Shown one piece after another: positions 30,071 to 40,118 of a DNA stretch of 64,000 bases. Position 1 is the first letter of the stretch. Each line of letters opens with the position of its first letter. The position numbers and the translations under genes are program-made. Source of the stretch: Chloroflexota bacterium (lineage in GTDB: Bacteria; Chloroflexota; Limnocylindria; Limnocylindrales; CSP1-4); the NCBI GenBank assembly GCA_005883615.1, contig VBEC01000022.1:433-64432 (forward strand). The letters are read 5' to 3'. The notes under the pieces are model-generated. The model ran no database searches. It was not told the origin of the DNA and saw only the letters and a program-made list of their open reading frames with translations.

Positions 30071-31165
30071 ATGAACACGGCCCGAAAAGCGGCGGCGTTG
30101 ACGATCGCGCTCGCCCTGGCTGCAGCCGGCTGCAGTGCCCTGCCCGGCGGCGGCAATACCAAGGTCAAGTTCCAGCTCCAGTGGGTGGCCCAATCGCAGT
30201 TCGCGGGCTATTACGCGGCACTCGACCAGGGTTACTACAAGGACGAAGGCCTCGACGTTAGCTTCCTGCTGGGTGGGCCGCAGGTCGACAACATCAACGC
30301 GGTCGCGGCCGGGACTGCCGACATCGGGACAGGTTGGCTGCCCAAGATGCTCCAGTCGCGCGAAAACGGCACAGACTTGGTCTCGATCGCCCAGACGTTC
30401 CAGCGCTCCGGCACCCGGATGGCGTCGTTCAAGACCAAGAACATCACGACGATCAAGGACTTCGACGGAAAGAAGATCGGCAGCTGGCTGCTCGGGAACG
30501 AGCCCGAGCTATTCGCCGCTCTCGTGAAGGCCGGGTTCGACCCAACCAAGGAAACCGTCATCAAGCAGAACTTCGACATGTCCGGCCTGCTGAAAGGGGA
30601 CCTCGACGTCGCCCAGGCGATGATCTACAACGAGTACGCACAGGTCCTCGAAGCCAAGAACCCGGCCACCGGCCAGCTGTATCAGCCCGCGGACTTCAAC
30701 GTCCTGGACTTCAACGATCCGTCGGTTGGCACGGGGATGCTCCAGGACCAGATCTTCGCCCGTGATTCCTGGCTCAAGCGGGGCAACAACCAGGACGTCG
30801 CCACGAAGTTCCTGAAGGCGACATTCAAGGGTTGGGCCTACTGCCGCGACAACCCGCAAAAGTGTGTCGACATCGTCCTCAAGAACGGCTCTCAGTTGGG
30901 CGCCAGCCACCAGGCGTGGCAGATGAACGAGATCAACGCGCTGATCTGGCCGTCGCCGAACGGGATCGGCATGCTCGACCCAAAGCTCTGGGACCAGACC
31001 ATCCAGATCGCTACGACCTACAAGGTCCTCAAGGCTGCTCCGACCCAAGGCGCCTATCGGACTGATCTGGCGAAGGCCGCGCTCGACGCCCTCGGAACGT
31101 CGATCGACACGAAGGGCGCCAGCTTCCAGAAGCAGACCGTCACTCTCAAGGAGGGCGGCAGCTAA
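30071..31165 (+). CDS. NMT1/THI5-like ABC substrate-binding lipoprotein (pyrimidine uptake)
   Basis: Lipobox AAGC; LQWVAQSQFAGYYAA..GYY.DEGLDV. Confidence 0.9.
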   Translation: MNTARKAAALTIALALAAAGCSALPGGGNTKVKFQLQWVAQSQFAGYYAALDQGYYKDEGLDVSFLLGGPQVDNINAVAAGTADIGTGWLPKMLQSRENGTDLVSIAQTFQRSGTRMASFKTKNITTIKDFDGKKIGSWLLGNEPELFAALVKAGFDPTKETVIKQNFDMSGLLKGDLDVAQAMIYNEYAQVLEAKNPATGQLYQPADFNVLDFNDPSVGTGMLQDQIFARDSWLKRGNNQDVATKFLKATFKGWAYCRDNPQKCVDIVLKNGSQLGASHQAWQMNEINALIWPSPNGIGMLDPKLWDQTIQIATTYKVLKAAPTQGAYRTDLAKAALDALGTSIDTKGASFQKQTVTLKEGGS

Positions 31166-31191
31166 GTCGAAACCGCATCTGGACATGAGTC

Positions 31192-31219
31192 GAGGCCGGC
31201 CCCGACACGGGTCGGCCTC
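31192..31219 (+). terminator. Stem-loop after ABC operon
   Basis: GAGGCCGGCCC-N6-GGGTCGGCCTC. Confidence 0.55.
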
Positions 31220-31262
31220 TTCGATTCCGGACTCGGCCTTGCGCGCTCCCCAGACTTCCCCG

Positions 31263-31427
31263 GGCGATGCGCATCCGCGCATGAAGGCTCCCGCATATGC
31301 GGCAATGCGCATCCGCGCATGAAGGCTTCCACATATGCGGCGATGCGCATCCGCATGAAGGCTTCCACATATGCGGCGATGCGCATCCGCGCATGAACGG
31401 CGGTCCACGTATGCGGCGATGCGCATC
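31263..31427. repeat. Palindrome-rich tandem repeat, 36-40 bp unit, about 4.3 copies
   Basis: Units at 31263, 31301, 31339, 31375, 31415; contain ATGCGCAT and CATATG-type palindromes. Confidence 0.92.
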
Positions 31428-31498
31428 ACGCCTGGATGCCTGAACACCTGGACCAAAACGCTGGCCCGCAGTGCACGGTAATGCAGGCGCGCTGAGGG

Positions 31499-32164
31499 TC
31501 AGCCGGTCTTGCCGGTCCCGAACTGGCGGTCGCCGGCATCGCCCAGGCCCGGCATGATGTAGCCGCGCTCGTTAAGCTGGCGATCCAGGGCGGCGCAGTG
31601 GATCGGCACGTCCGGATGGGCCCGAGTCACGGCGTCGACCCCCTCGGGCGCGGCGATCAGGTTCACGAGCTTGATTCGAACGGCGCCCCAGCGCTTGAGT
31701 ACCTCGATCGCCGCGGTCGCCGAACCACCGGTCGCCAGCATCGGGTCGAGGATCAAGCAAACGTCGACCGTCGCCGAGTCGGGCAGCCTGTTGTAGTACT
31801 CCACGGGCCGCAGGGTGCGCTCGTCCCGGAACAGGCCGAGGTGCCAGACCTGGGCGGTCGGCATCAGCTCGAGCATTGCGTCGACCATGCCCAGCCCCGC
31901 CCGCAGGATCGGTACGAGCCCGATGCGGTCGGCCAGCTCGGCTGCCTGCGTCTCCTCGATCGGCGTGCGCACCGTCAAGGGCCGGATCCGAGCGTCCGCC
32001 AATGCCTCGTAGCCCAGGAGCCAGGACAGCTCGCGAACCACCTCGCGGAACTTCTTTGGCTCGGTATGGATGTCACGGAGCACGGCCAGCTTGTGGAGGA
32101 CCGCAGGGTGCTGGGAAATGTGCAGGGTCGGCCATGCTGAGGTGGCGGACGGCGGAACGGCCAT
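31499..32164 (-). CDS. upp: Uracil phosphoribosyltransferase
   Basis: [33 protein letters not shown]. Confidence 0.96.
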   Translation of the reverse strand: MAVPPSATSAWPTLHISQHPAVLHKLAVLRDIHTEPKKFREVVRELSWLLGYEALADARIRPLTVRTPIEETQAAELADRIGLVPILRAGLGMVDAMLELMPTAQVWHLGLFRDERTLRPVEYYNRLPDSATVDVCLILDPMLATGGSATAAIEVLKRWGAVRIKLVNLIAAPEGVDAVTRAHPDVPIHCAALDRQLNERGYIMPGLGDAGDRQFGTGKTG

Positions 32165-32440
32165 CGACTTCGACACGGACAATCTCCTGATCGGGTGGGC
32201 TCGAGCGATCGTCCGGAACGGCCCGCATGCTAGCACCGCGGTGCGCCGAATCACCGATTGACGCCGTCTCGCCGCCCGCGTAGCGTCCGGGTGCGCGGCC
32301 GGGGCGCGTCCGGGCGGTGGCCCAAGTGCCCTGTGCCGTCGCCTGGACCGCTTCGGCCCGTGTCGACGCGCTCCCTTGCGCGGTATCCTCGGACACGCGC
32401 GCGTGGCCGATTCCGCACGCGCCGAACAGGAGGTTTCGCC

Positions 32441-33601
32441 CTGTCCAGCGCCCCGCCCGTGAGGTCGCGGCCGAAGCGACCCAGCCGGCCTCGTCAGTCC
32501 GCGCGACCGGCTGCCCGTCCGTCGGTTCCGCCGGTCCTGGTCCGCCAGATCCGGAACGGCATCGTCGAGAGTGAGCATCGCGGCCACATCGTCGAGGTCG
32601 ACGCCGGCGGCTCGATCGTGCGCGTCGTGGGCGATCCCGAACGAGTCGTCTCGTTGCGTTCGGCTGCCAAGCCGTTCGGGCTGATCGCCCTGATCGAAGC
32701 GGGTGGCATCGAGGCGTTCGACCTGACCGCCGCCGAGCTGGCGCTGATGACGGGCTCTCACTCGGGCGAGGACATGCACGTGCGGACCCTCCAGGGTGTC
32801 TTTCGCCGGTCGGGGGTCAGCCAATCCCAGCTCGCCTGCGGATCGGCGGGGGCGCCGCTCGATGCCCTCACCGCTGCTCGCCTGGCGCGCGACGGCGAAA
32901 AACCGGGACCGCTCCGCCACATGTGCTCTGGCGCCCATGCTGCATCGCTCTTGCTGAGCCGGATGAGGGACTGGCCGGCCGAGAATTACTGGATGCCCGA
33001 GCACCCGTCGCAGGCGGCCTATCGCAGCGTCGTCGCTCGGGCGTTCGGGACGAAGCCGGACCGGCTCGTGAGGGCGATCGATGGCTGCGGCATCGAGACC
33101 TTCGCGTTTCCCCTGCGCGAGATCGCACGGGCCTTTGCCTTCCTGGCCGATCCTTCCGCGCTGGCCGGCTCCGATCCGCGCTCCGGGTTGGCTCCGTCGC
33201 TGCACATCGTTCGCGACGCGATGCTGGCGCACCCGGAGATGGTCGGCGGTTCGCGCGAGCGGCTGGACACATCGCTGATGAAGGCCCTCCCGGAGCGCCT
33301 CGTCAGCAAAGGCGGCAGCGAGGCCTTGCGAGGGGTAGCCATCCTGCCCGGCGGGCGCGCGAATGGCGGCTCCGCCGGCCCATCGGGCATGGCCATCAAG
33401 ATCGACGACGGCGACGGGCACAACCGCGCTGGCTGGGCGGCGGGCGTCGAGGCTCTGCAGCAGGCCGGGGTGCTGGAAGGGCAGGCCTTGCGTGCGCTGG
33501 GCCGCTATCACCAGCCGACGTCGCTCGATCCGCACGGCCGGCTTGCAGGCGAGACGATCGCCAAATTCGAGCTCGCGCCGGTCGGCGAACTGTTCGGATG
33601 A
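32441..33601 (+). CDS. Class 3 (Rhizobium etli AnsA-type) asparaginase-like protein, divergent; start uncertain
   Basis: [31 protein letters not shown]; NCSGKH replaced by MCSGAH. Confidence 0.8.
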   Translation: MSSAPPVRSRPKRPSRPRQSARPAARPSVPPVLVRQIRNGIVESEHRGHIVEVDAGGSIVRVVGDPERVVSLRSAAKPFGLIALIEAGGIEAFDLTAAELALMTGSHSGEDMHVRTLQGVFRRSGVSQSQLACGSAGAPLDALTAARLARDGEKPGPLRHMCSGAHAASLLLSRMRDWPAENYWMPEHPSQAAYRSVVARAFGTKPDRLVRAIDGCGIETFAFPLREIARAFAFLADPSALAGSDPRSGLAPSLHIVRDAMLAHPEMVGGSRERLDTSLMKALPERLVSKGGSEALRGVAILPGGRANGGSAGPSGMAIKIDDGDGHNRAGWAAGVEALQQAGVLEGQALRALGRYHQPTSLDPHGRLAGETIAKFELAPVGELFG

Positions 33602-33611
33602 GCCGTTCCGC

Positions 33612-35036
33612 GTGACCGCCCCGGTCGACCCATATCGGACGCTCGGGCTTCCCCGCGACGCGCCGCTGCTCGACGTCAAGCGTGCCTACCGCCGCCTGGC
33701 GAAGCTCCACCACCCGGATTCGGCCGGGCCGGCCGCGCTCCCGCGGTTCCTCGCGATCCACGCCGCATACGAGGCCATCACCGGACTTTCCGCGACCGGT
33801 CACGCACCGCAGCGACCGGCGACCGCTCGACCGACGCCTCCGGCCTGGGCCGCCGATGCGGAACGAGCTCGCGCGGCTCGGTCTCGCGCGCGGTCGGCGC
33901 GCTCGACCGGGCCCGATCGACGAGGCACAACCTCCGACGGATCCAGTTCCGACCGAACAGGCTCCGACCGATCAGGCTCCGACCGATCGAGGTCCGATCG
34001 GCCTGGCCCCGAGCGCCGCGCCGGGGGCTCGCGCGGCCGAGGCGATCGCGCAGGCGGCCGGGCCACGCTCGGCTCAACCTCCTACGACGGAGCCGATGAG
34101 GAGCCCTTCGAGCCGGATTGGGCCGGCGGATCGTGGTATGGCGCGGGCTCCGGAACGTACTGGCGCGTGAATCCCAAGGAGTATGCGGACCCGCGCAAGC
34201 ACGGCCCGGAGTACCAAGCTCGGGGGCGAGCACGAGCCCCTGAATGGGGCGCCGCCGCGGGCGCGGCACCGCGGTCAGGCAGGGCACCGGGTTCGGGCGG
34301 GGCCACGGCGGCCGATTCGTGGGCCGCGTCGGACGGCTCATCGGCGCCGGCGACCGATCGCGAGGCTGGGAGCCGCTCATGGACGGAGGCCTCGAAACCG
34401 GCCTGGAGCACACGCTCGACGTCGGCCGGTTCGTGGACGAATTGGCCGGGTGACAGGCCGGGCGAAGGCGCTGCCGAGTCCGGGCATCGCGGCCCGCGCA
34501 CAGGATCCGCGGCTGGGCAGGCCACCTTCGATGCGGTCGCGAGTGCCGCAGCGGTTCCCGCCTGGCTCGACAACCCCACTGCGCGCCGGGTTGCCACCCT
34601 TCTCCTCGCGTGGCCACCGATCGGTTTCCTGCTCGCGTCCATCGCCGGCGAAATGACCGGTTGCGGCCGCTATTCGGCCGCTTGCGCCGATGGCCTCAAC
34701 CTGTTGCCGTGGCTCGTCCAACCGCTCGTGGTCGGGGCGCTCCTCGTTTTCCCTGCGATCGCAGACCGGGCAGCCATCGGATCGGTCGGTGCACTCGTCG
34801 CGGGGATTCCCGTGGCCATCATTCTGAGTGTCACGGGCGGCGGTCGCGGGCCAGCCGCCACGACAGCAGCAGCGTTGGTCATCGCCCTGATCGTGGGCTA
34901 CGCGATCGGACTGGCGGGAGCCGTATCGGGCAGGTTCCGGCTGCCGGGAAGCTCGGCGACCGCCGCGCCGGCGCTGAAGGCGATGCCCGCAGCGGCCGAT
35001 CACGAGGCGGCACATCCGCGCGACGACAGCGGATGA
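33612..35036 (+). CDS. J-domain protein with disordered linker and C-terminal TM helices
   Basis: DPYRTLGL...[15 protein letters not shown]; 15 bp SDR.G repeats 33933-34002; about 4 hydrophobic segments at the C terminus. Confidence 0.8.
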   Translation: MTAPVDPYRTLGLPRDAPLLDVKRAYRRLAKLHHPDSAGPAALPRFLAIHAAYEAITGLSATGHAPQRPATARPTPPAWAADAERARAARSRARSARSTGPDRRGTTSDGSSSDRTGSDRSGSDRSRSDRPGPERRAGGSRGRGDRAGGRATLGSTSYDGADEEPFEPDWAGGSWYGAGSGTYWRVNPKEYADPRKHGPEYQARGRARAPEWGAAAGAAPRSGRAPGSGGATAADSWAASDGSSAPATDREAGSRSWTEASKPAWSTRSTSAGSWTNWPGDRPGEGAAESGHRGPRTGSAAGQATFDAVASAAAVPAWLDNPTARRVATLLLAWPPIGFLLASIAGEMTGCGRYSAACADGLNLLPWLVQPLVVGALLVFPAIADRAAIGSVGALVAGIPVAIILSVTGGGRGPAATTAAALVIALIVGYAIGLAGAVSGRFRLPGSSATAAPALKAMPAAADHEAAHPRDDSG

Positions 35037-35065
35037 GCGACAGCGGATGAGCGACAGCGGATGAG
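35024..35065. repeat. 14 bp CGACAGCGGATGAG x3 spanning a stop/start junction
   Basis: Exact copies at 35024, 35038, 35052. Confidence 0.92.
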
Positions 35066-35837
35066 CGGCGTCGGGCCCGCCGGCCGTACCGGCGGCAGGG
35101 AGACTCGACACGACCGGCGGCACGACCGCAATGACCTCTCGAGCGCTGCCCAGGAGTATCTGCTCGCGCTTCGCGTCATCGCCGTGGACGGGCGCCACGT
35201 CACCGCGGCCCAGGTCGGTCGCCATCTCGGGGTCACCCCGCAGGCTGCTTCGGAGATGTTCCGCCGCCTGGTAGCCGACGGTCTGGTATCGCAGGCCGAC
35301 GGCCGCGAGCTGATCCTCACGGACGCCGGTCGTGCAGCTGCCGACGCCATCTTCCGGCGCCACGCGCTTCTGGAATGGCTGCTCACGGCGGTGGTCGGCC
35401 TGGGCTGGGCCGAGTCCGACGAGGAGGCCGCGCGCCTGCAGGGCGCGATCTCGCCGCGGGTCGAAGCGCGCCTCGACGAGATGCTCGGGCACCCCGAAAC
35501 ATGCCCGCACGGCAACCCGATCGATGCGGCCACCGCCCGACGCCGCCCCGCTGGCGTCCTGCTCTCCGAAATGGAGGCAGGCAATCGGGCGACGATCTAC
35601 CGCATCACCGAGGAGGCCGAGGAAGATCCCGGCCTGCTGTCGTACCTCGAGGCCCGAGCTCTTACACCCGGCGCGCCGGTCACGATCCTGGCCCGCTCGA
35701 AATCGCTCGACTCGCTCACTCTCGACGGCCCTCGCGGCCGGGCCACGCTGGGCCTTCGGCCCGCGTCGCTGATCCACGTGCTGCCGGGGGAGGCGGACCC
35801 GAGCCTCTTCCACCGCGTTCCCGCAGCCCGACCCTGA
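35061..35837 (+). CDS. DtxR/MntR family metal-dependent regulator with FeoA domain
   Basis: QEYL, RRHALLE, HPETCPHGNPI. Confidence 0.9.
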   Translation: MSGVGPAGRTGGRETRHDRRHDRNDLSSAAQEYLLALRVIAVDGRHVTAAQVGRHLGVTPQAASEMFRRLVADGLVSQADGRELILTDAGRAAADAIFRRHALLEWLLTAVVGLGWAESDEEAARLQGAISPRVEARLDEMLGHPETCPHGNPIDAATARRRPAGVLLSEMEAGNRATIYRITEEAEEDPGLLSYLEARALTPGAPVTILARSKSLDSLTLDGPRGRATLGLRPASLIHVLPGEADPSLFHRVPAARP

Positions 35838-35891
35838 TCCTCCGGACCAGTCCCGCCGGAAAGTGACACCGCGGACCCTACAATCGGCTCC

Positions 35892-37391
35892 ATGTCCGAC
35901 GTTCGCGTCCGAATCGCGCCAAGTCCCACCGGTCCTCTTCACATCGGGACTGCCCGCACGGCCCTGTTCAACTACCTGTTCGCTCGCAACCAGGGCGGCG
36001 TCTTCATCCTTCGGCTGGAGGACACCGACGCCGTCCGCTCGTCGATCGCCTTCGAGAAGGACATCGTCGACGGCCTGCACTGGCTGGGCCTGACCTGGGA
36101 CGAGGGCCCCGACGTTGCCGGCGGGCCCGATCACGGGCCCTACGGTCCGTATCGGCAGATGAAGCGTCTGCCGCTGTACGAAGAGGCGGCGGCCCGCCTT
36201 CGCGCTGCCGACCAGGCGTATCCCTGCTACTGCACCCCCGAAGAGCTCGACGCGGTGCGCCGTCGCCAGGAGGCTGCTCATGAGCCGCCGCGCTACAACC
36301 GCCGTTGCGCCTTGCTGACGCCCGCCCAACGGGCCGCCTTCGAGGCAGAGGGCAGGCGCCCTGCCCTGCGCTTCCGCGTGGCGGAGGGCCTGATCTCGTT
36401 CGACGACATGATCCGCGGGCGGGTCGAAATCGACACGGCCAACATCGGTGGCGATTTCATCATCGTCCGCGCGGACGGGACCCCGCTGTACCACTTCACG
36501 GTCGTGGTTGACGACGCGGCGATGAAGATCAGCCACGTCATCCGGGGTGAGGATCACCTGTCCAACACGCCCAAGCACATCCTGCTCTTCCGTGCCCTCG
36601 GTGAGCCCGAGCCCCATTTCGGGCACCTGCCGCTCATCCTCAACCCGGATCGAACCAAGATGAGCAAGCGCAAGAGCCAGACGGCGATCGCCGACTACAT
36701 CGAGCAGGGCTTCGTCCGGGAAGCGCTCGTCAACTACCTGGCTCTGCTGGGATGGTCGACGGGCACCGAGGAGGAGGTCCTGTCGCTGCCCGAGCTCGTC
36801 GAGCGGTTCGACATTCGCCACGTGCAGAAGGCGGGGGCGGTGTTCGACCGGGAGCGGCTCGAATGGCTGAACGGGCAGTGGATCCGACGGCTGCCGCCGG
36901 AGGAGCTGATCGACCGCCTGCGAACGTTCCTGGAGGCCGAGCTCGAAGCCGGCGGGATCGACCGCATGCCCTCCGACGGCGAGCTGAAGGCCCTCCTGCC
37001 GGTCATCCAGGAGCGCCTCCCGACGCTGGGAGCCATCGGCGACCTCATCGGCTTTTTGTTCGTCGACCGCCTCGAGATCGATCCCTCGCTCTTTCCGACG
37101 AAGCGCTGGGACCTGGCGACGACGCGAGAGGCCCTGGTCGCGGCGCGAGAGGTGATCGCAGCGGTGGGCGAGGTGAGCTTCGAGGCCGACGAGCTGGAGC
37201 CCCCGCTGCGGCGACTAGCCGACGAGCGCGGCTGGAAAGCCGGCGACTTGTTCATGGCTATCCGCGTCGCGGTGACCGGTCGTACCGCGACCCCGCCGTT
37301 GTTCGACACCCTGGTCGCGCTCGGCTACGAGCGAACCCTCGAGCGGCTGGACCGGGCCCTCGAAGCCTCGAATCAGGAGGCTCCGAGATGA
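35892..37391 (+). CDS. gltX: Glutamate--tRNA ligase
   Basis: APSPTG.LHIG, RLEDTD, IRGEDH, KMSKR. Confidence 0.97.
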   Translation: MSDVRVRIAPSPTGPLHIGTARTALFNYLFARNQGGVFILRLEDTDAVRSSIAFEKDIVDGLHWLGLTWDEGPDVAGGPDHGPYGPYRQMKRLPLYEEAAARLRAADQAYPCYCTPEELDAVRRRQEAAHEPPRYNRRCALLTPAQRAAFEAEGRRPALRFRVAEGLISFDDMIRGRVEIDTANIGGDFIIVRADGTPLYHFTVVVDDAAMKISHVIRGEDHLSNTPKHILLFRALGEPEPHFGHLPLILNPDRTKMSKRKSQTAIADYIEQGFVREALVNYLALLGWSTGTEEEVLSLPELVERFDIRHVQKAGAVFDRERLEWLNGQWIRRLPPEELIDRLRTFLEAELEAGGIDRMPSDGELKALLPVIQERLPTLGAIGDLIGFLFVDRLEIDPSLFPTKRWDLATTREALVAAREVIAAVGEVSFEADELEPPLRRLADERGWKAGDLFMAIRVAVTGRTATPPLFDTLVALGYERTLERLDRALEASNQEAPR

Positions 37392-37795
37392 CCCGCGACG
37401 ACATCCAGGCCTGGCTCGACCGCTACCTGGACGCATGGCGAACATACGACCCGCAGAAGATCGCGGACCTGTTCAGTGAAGACGCCGAATACCGTTACCA
37501 CCCCTGGGATGAGCCCGAGCGCGGACGGGAAACGATCGTGCGGGGCTGGCTCGAGCCAGCCGGGAACGCCAGCGACCGGGATGCCCCCGGCTCCTACGAT
37601 GCTCACTACGAGCCGTACGCGGTCGAGGGCGACCGCGCCGTCGCGGTCGGGTGGAGTCGCTACACACGCCCTGACGGCTCGTTCCGCGCCCTGTACCACA
37701 ACGTCTTCCTGCTGCGTTTCGACCTGGAAGGCCGCTGCCGGTCGTTCACCGAATTCTTCGTCGAGCAGCCGAAGCGGAAGGACGAGCCGAGCTAA
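37388..37795 (+). CDS. SnoaL/NTF2-like protein
   Basis: WL..Y..AW...D...I..LFSEDA.Y; C..FTE; ATGA overlap with gltX. Confidence 0.85.
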   Translation: MTRDDIQAWLDRYLDAWRTYDPQKIADLFSEDAEYRYHPWDEPERGRETIVRGWLEPAGNASDRDAPGSYDAHYEPYAVEGDRAVAVGWSRYTRPDGSFRALYHNVFLLRFDLEGRCRSFTEFFVEQPKRKDEPS

Positions 37796-37846
37796 GGCAC
37801 GTTCTTCACTCTCGCGAGCGCCAGGCGCCAACGCCGAGAACGGCGC

Positions 37847-38866
37847 TCAGGCTCCCAGGATCGGCCGCAGGACGAGGAACGCCAGGGCCGCCATCGCGGC
37901 CGCGGCGGGGATCGTCAGCACCCAGGCAACCAGGATCCCGCGGGCCACGCCCCAGTGGATGGCCCCCAGGCCCTCGCTGGCCCCAACCCCGATGATCGCG
38001 CTCGAGATCACGTGCGTCGTGGACACGGGCATGCCGAAGTGCGAGGCCCCCAGGATGATGGTAGCGGCGGTCGTCTCGGCCGCGAAGCCGTGCACCGGGT
38101 CGAGCTTGACGACGCGCTGGCCCATCGTCCGGATGATCCGCCAGCCGCCGGCCGCGGTACCCAACGAGATCGCCGAGGCGGCGACCAGGATCACCAGCGT
38201 CGGGATCTCGAACTTTGGAATGACGCCGGCCGAGAACAGGGCGAGGGCCATGACGCCCATCGTCTTCTGGGCGTCATTCGAGCCGTGGCTGAACGCCATG
38301 AACGCGGCCGAGACGACCTGGAGCCGTCGGAAGCGCTCGTTGATACGGGCGGGATGGGCACGCCGGAAGAGGTTCAGCAGGACGACCATGAAGCCGAACC
38401 CGATCACCACCCCGAGCACGGGCGACGTGACCAGGGGAAAAAGCACTTTGCCGACGATGCCGTCGACCTTGAGCACGCCGGTCCCAGCAGCCACGATCGA
38501 TGCCCCGATCAGGCCGCCGATCAGCGAGTGGCTGCTCGAGCTCGGGATCCCCAGCCGCCACGTGAGCAGGTTCCACACGATGGCACCTATGATCGCCGCC
38601 GCAACGTAGGTCAGGTGGGGGTCGACCGCGTTGATGGTCTTCTCATCTATGAGGCCCTTGCCGATCGTCGTCGCCACCGCCGTCCCGGTGAGCGCACCTA
38701 CGAAGTTGGCCGTTGCTGACAGCGCGATCGCCTGCTCCGGCCGGAGGGCCCTCGTTGACACCGAAGTCGCGATCGCATTGGCCGTGTCGTGGAAGCCATT
38801 GATGTAGTCGAACAGGATGGCCAGCCCGAGGATGACGATCAGGATGAACGTGAAACCCTCAGGCAC
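37847..38866 (-). CDS. pit: Inorganic phosphate transporter (PiT family)
   Basis: NGFHDTANAIAT, GIPSSSSH, HGSNDAQK, PVSTTH. Confidence 0.95.
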   Translation of the reverse strand: MPEGFTFILIVILGLAILFDYINGFHDTANAIATSVSTRALRPEQAIALSATANFVGALTGTAVATTIGKGLIDEKTINAVDPHLTYVAAAIIGAIVWNLLTWRLGIPSSSSHSLIGGLIGASIVAAGTGVLKVDGIVGKVLFPLVTSPVLGVVIGFGFMVVLLNLFRRAHPARINERFRRLQVVSAAFMAFSHGSNDAQKTMGVMALALFSAGVIPKFEIPTLVILVAASAISLGTAAGGWRIIRTMGQRVVKLDPVHGFAAETTAATIILGASHFGMPVSTTHVISSAIIGVGASEGLGAIHWGVARGILVAWVLTIPAAAAMAALAFLVLRPILGA

Positions 38867-39004
38867 GGGTCACCACCCGCGGCCGCGGCGCGGCGCCGAT
38901 TCGTGGGGGGCTGGGCATCGCCCGAAGGCTAGCAGGTCGACGTGTGGCAGGAGCTGTTGCCACGCCCTGACGTTCCGCGCGAAGCCTCGCCCTACCATGT
39001 CTTC

Positions 39005-40048
39005 GTGCGCCCGCCGGACATCCCCACCGATGACCTGTACGCCCGTCTCGAACTGCCATTCAGCGCCGATCCAGAAGCTGTCGAGATCGCCTGGCGGGCG
39101 CTCCTCAAGCGTCACCACCCGGACGTTGCTGGGGCGGCCTCGCTGCAGCTCGCCAAGCAGATCAATGTCGCGCACGACTGGCTGAGCGATCCGATTCTTC
39201 GGGCCCGGTACGACCGAGCCCGGCCCGTGAAATCGGCGGGCACGGCGTCCTCACGCAGGACCGCGTGGGCTCCCTCGCCGCAGCGCGCCGCCCGGCGCCC
39301 CACGGTTCGGCGCGTCCGCGACGCCGATGACCTGCCGCCCGATCTGGGGCTCGACTCGCCCCCCGTAACGGCATTCCTGGAGCGGATCGGCAGGCTCACG
39401 AACGACGAGCTCGATCGGCTGGGCGGAGCCGACCCGCCACCGATCGCCTTCGTGGCCAACATTCGCCGGTTCCTCGCGGCTGAGCGGCTGGCAAACCTGG
39501 CCGCGCTCGAGGATGCCGTCGAGCAGCGGCTTCACGGCCGGGCCCGACGCGAGGCTCCCGTACGACAGGCAATCCTGAGCTACGGGCAGCTGCTCATGCT
39601 GGAGCGATTCCTCGCGGAGGAGCTGTCCGAGCCCTTCCGCGAGCGCGTTCATGAGCGCATGGCCCGCGGCTGGCAATCCGCTGTCGGCATGGACCGATAT
39701 GGACCGTACACGAGCGTCGTACGCCGTTTCCTCGAGCAGGCCGCCCGGATCTCGCCCGCGGAGGGCGCGCGGCTCGTCGAGGCCTCGCGGACGATGGACC
39801 TGGCTCACCGTCCCTGGCCGCCCGGGGTCGACCCGGATGAGGACGACGTCCAGCGAGTGTCCGCCGAGCTGGCGGCCCGCGATGCTGGCGCTGTCGCGAA
39901 GGCCGGCTTCTCGCGAGCAATCGCCGGCGACCTGGCGGAGGTCCTCGCCTTCTCGGCGCACGTTCTTGCTCTCGGCAGCGCCTTCAGCCCGACGGCGCGC
40001 CGCCGTCTGCTGAGGCCGTGGCTATCCGTGGTCGAGAATCCCGGTTAG
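39005..40048 (+). CDS. J-domain protein with unknown helical C-terminal region
   Basis: DLYARL...AWRALLKRHHPD...INVAHDWLSDP..RARYD. Confidence 0.8.
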   Translation: MRPPDIPTDDLYARLELPFSADPEAVEIAWRALLKRHHPDVAGAASLQLAKQINVAHDWLSDPILRARYDRARPVKSAGTASSRRTAWAPSPQRAARRPTVRRVRDADDLPPDLGLDSPPVTAFLERIGRLTNDELDRLGGADPPPIAFVANIRRFLAAERLANLAALEDAVEQRLHGRARREAPVRQAILSYGQLLMLERFLAEELSEPFRERVHERMARGWQSAVGMDRYGPYTSVVRRFLEQAARISPAEGARLVEASRTMDLAHRPWPPGVDPDEDDVQRVSAELAARDAGAVAKAGFSRAIAGDLAEVLAFSAHVLALGSAFSPTARRRLLRPWLSVVENPG

Positions 40049-40118
40049 CGCACCTCGCGGGGGCCTCCGACGCGGGCCTCCGACGCGGGTCCTAGGTGGC
40101 GGCGCGATTGGGCTGCGC

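Noticed and set aside
31263-31427. CRISPR array
   Set aside because: Units are contiguous near-identical copies with no unique spacers; no cas genes in the window
31499-33679. 726-aa Upp fusion; similar N-terminal extensions on hydA, KS and the Hint protein
   Set aside because: The extensions overlap other real genes; homology begins at internal starts
34377-36821. 814-aa minus-strand ORF and other long antisense ORFs (e.g. 5985-7256, 24307-25869, 40161-41351)
   Set aside because: Antisense shadows of well-supported genes in high-GC DNA, with no recognisable motifs
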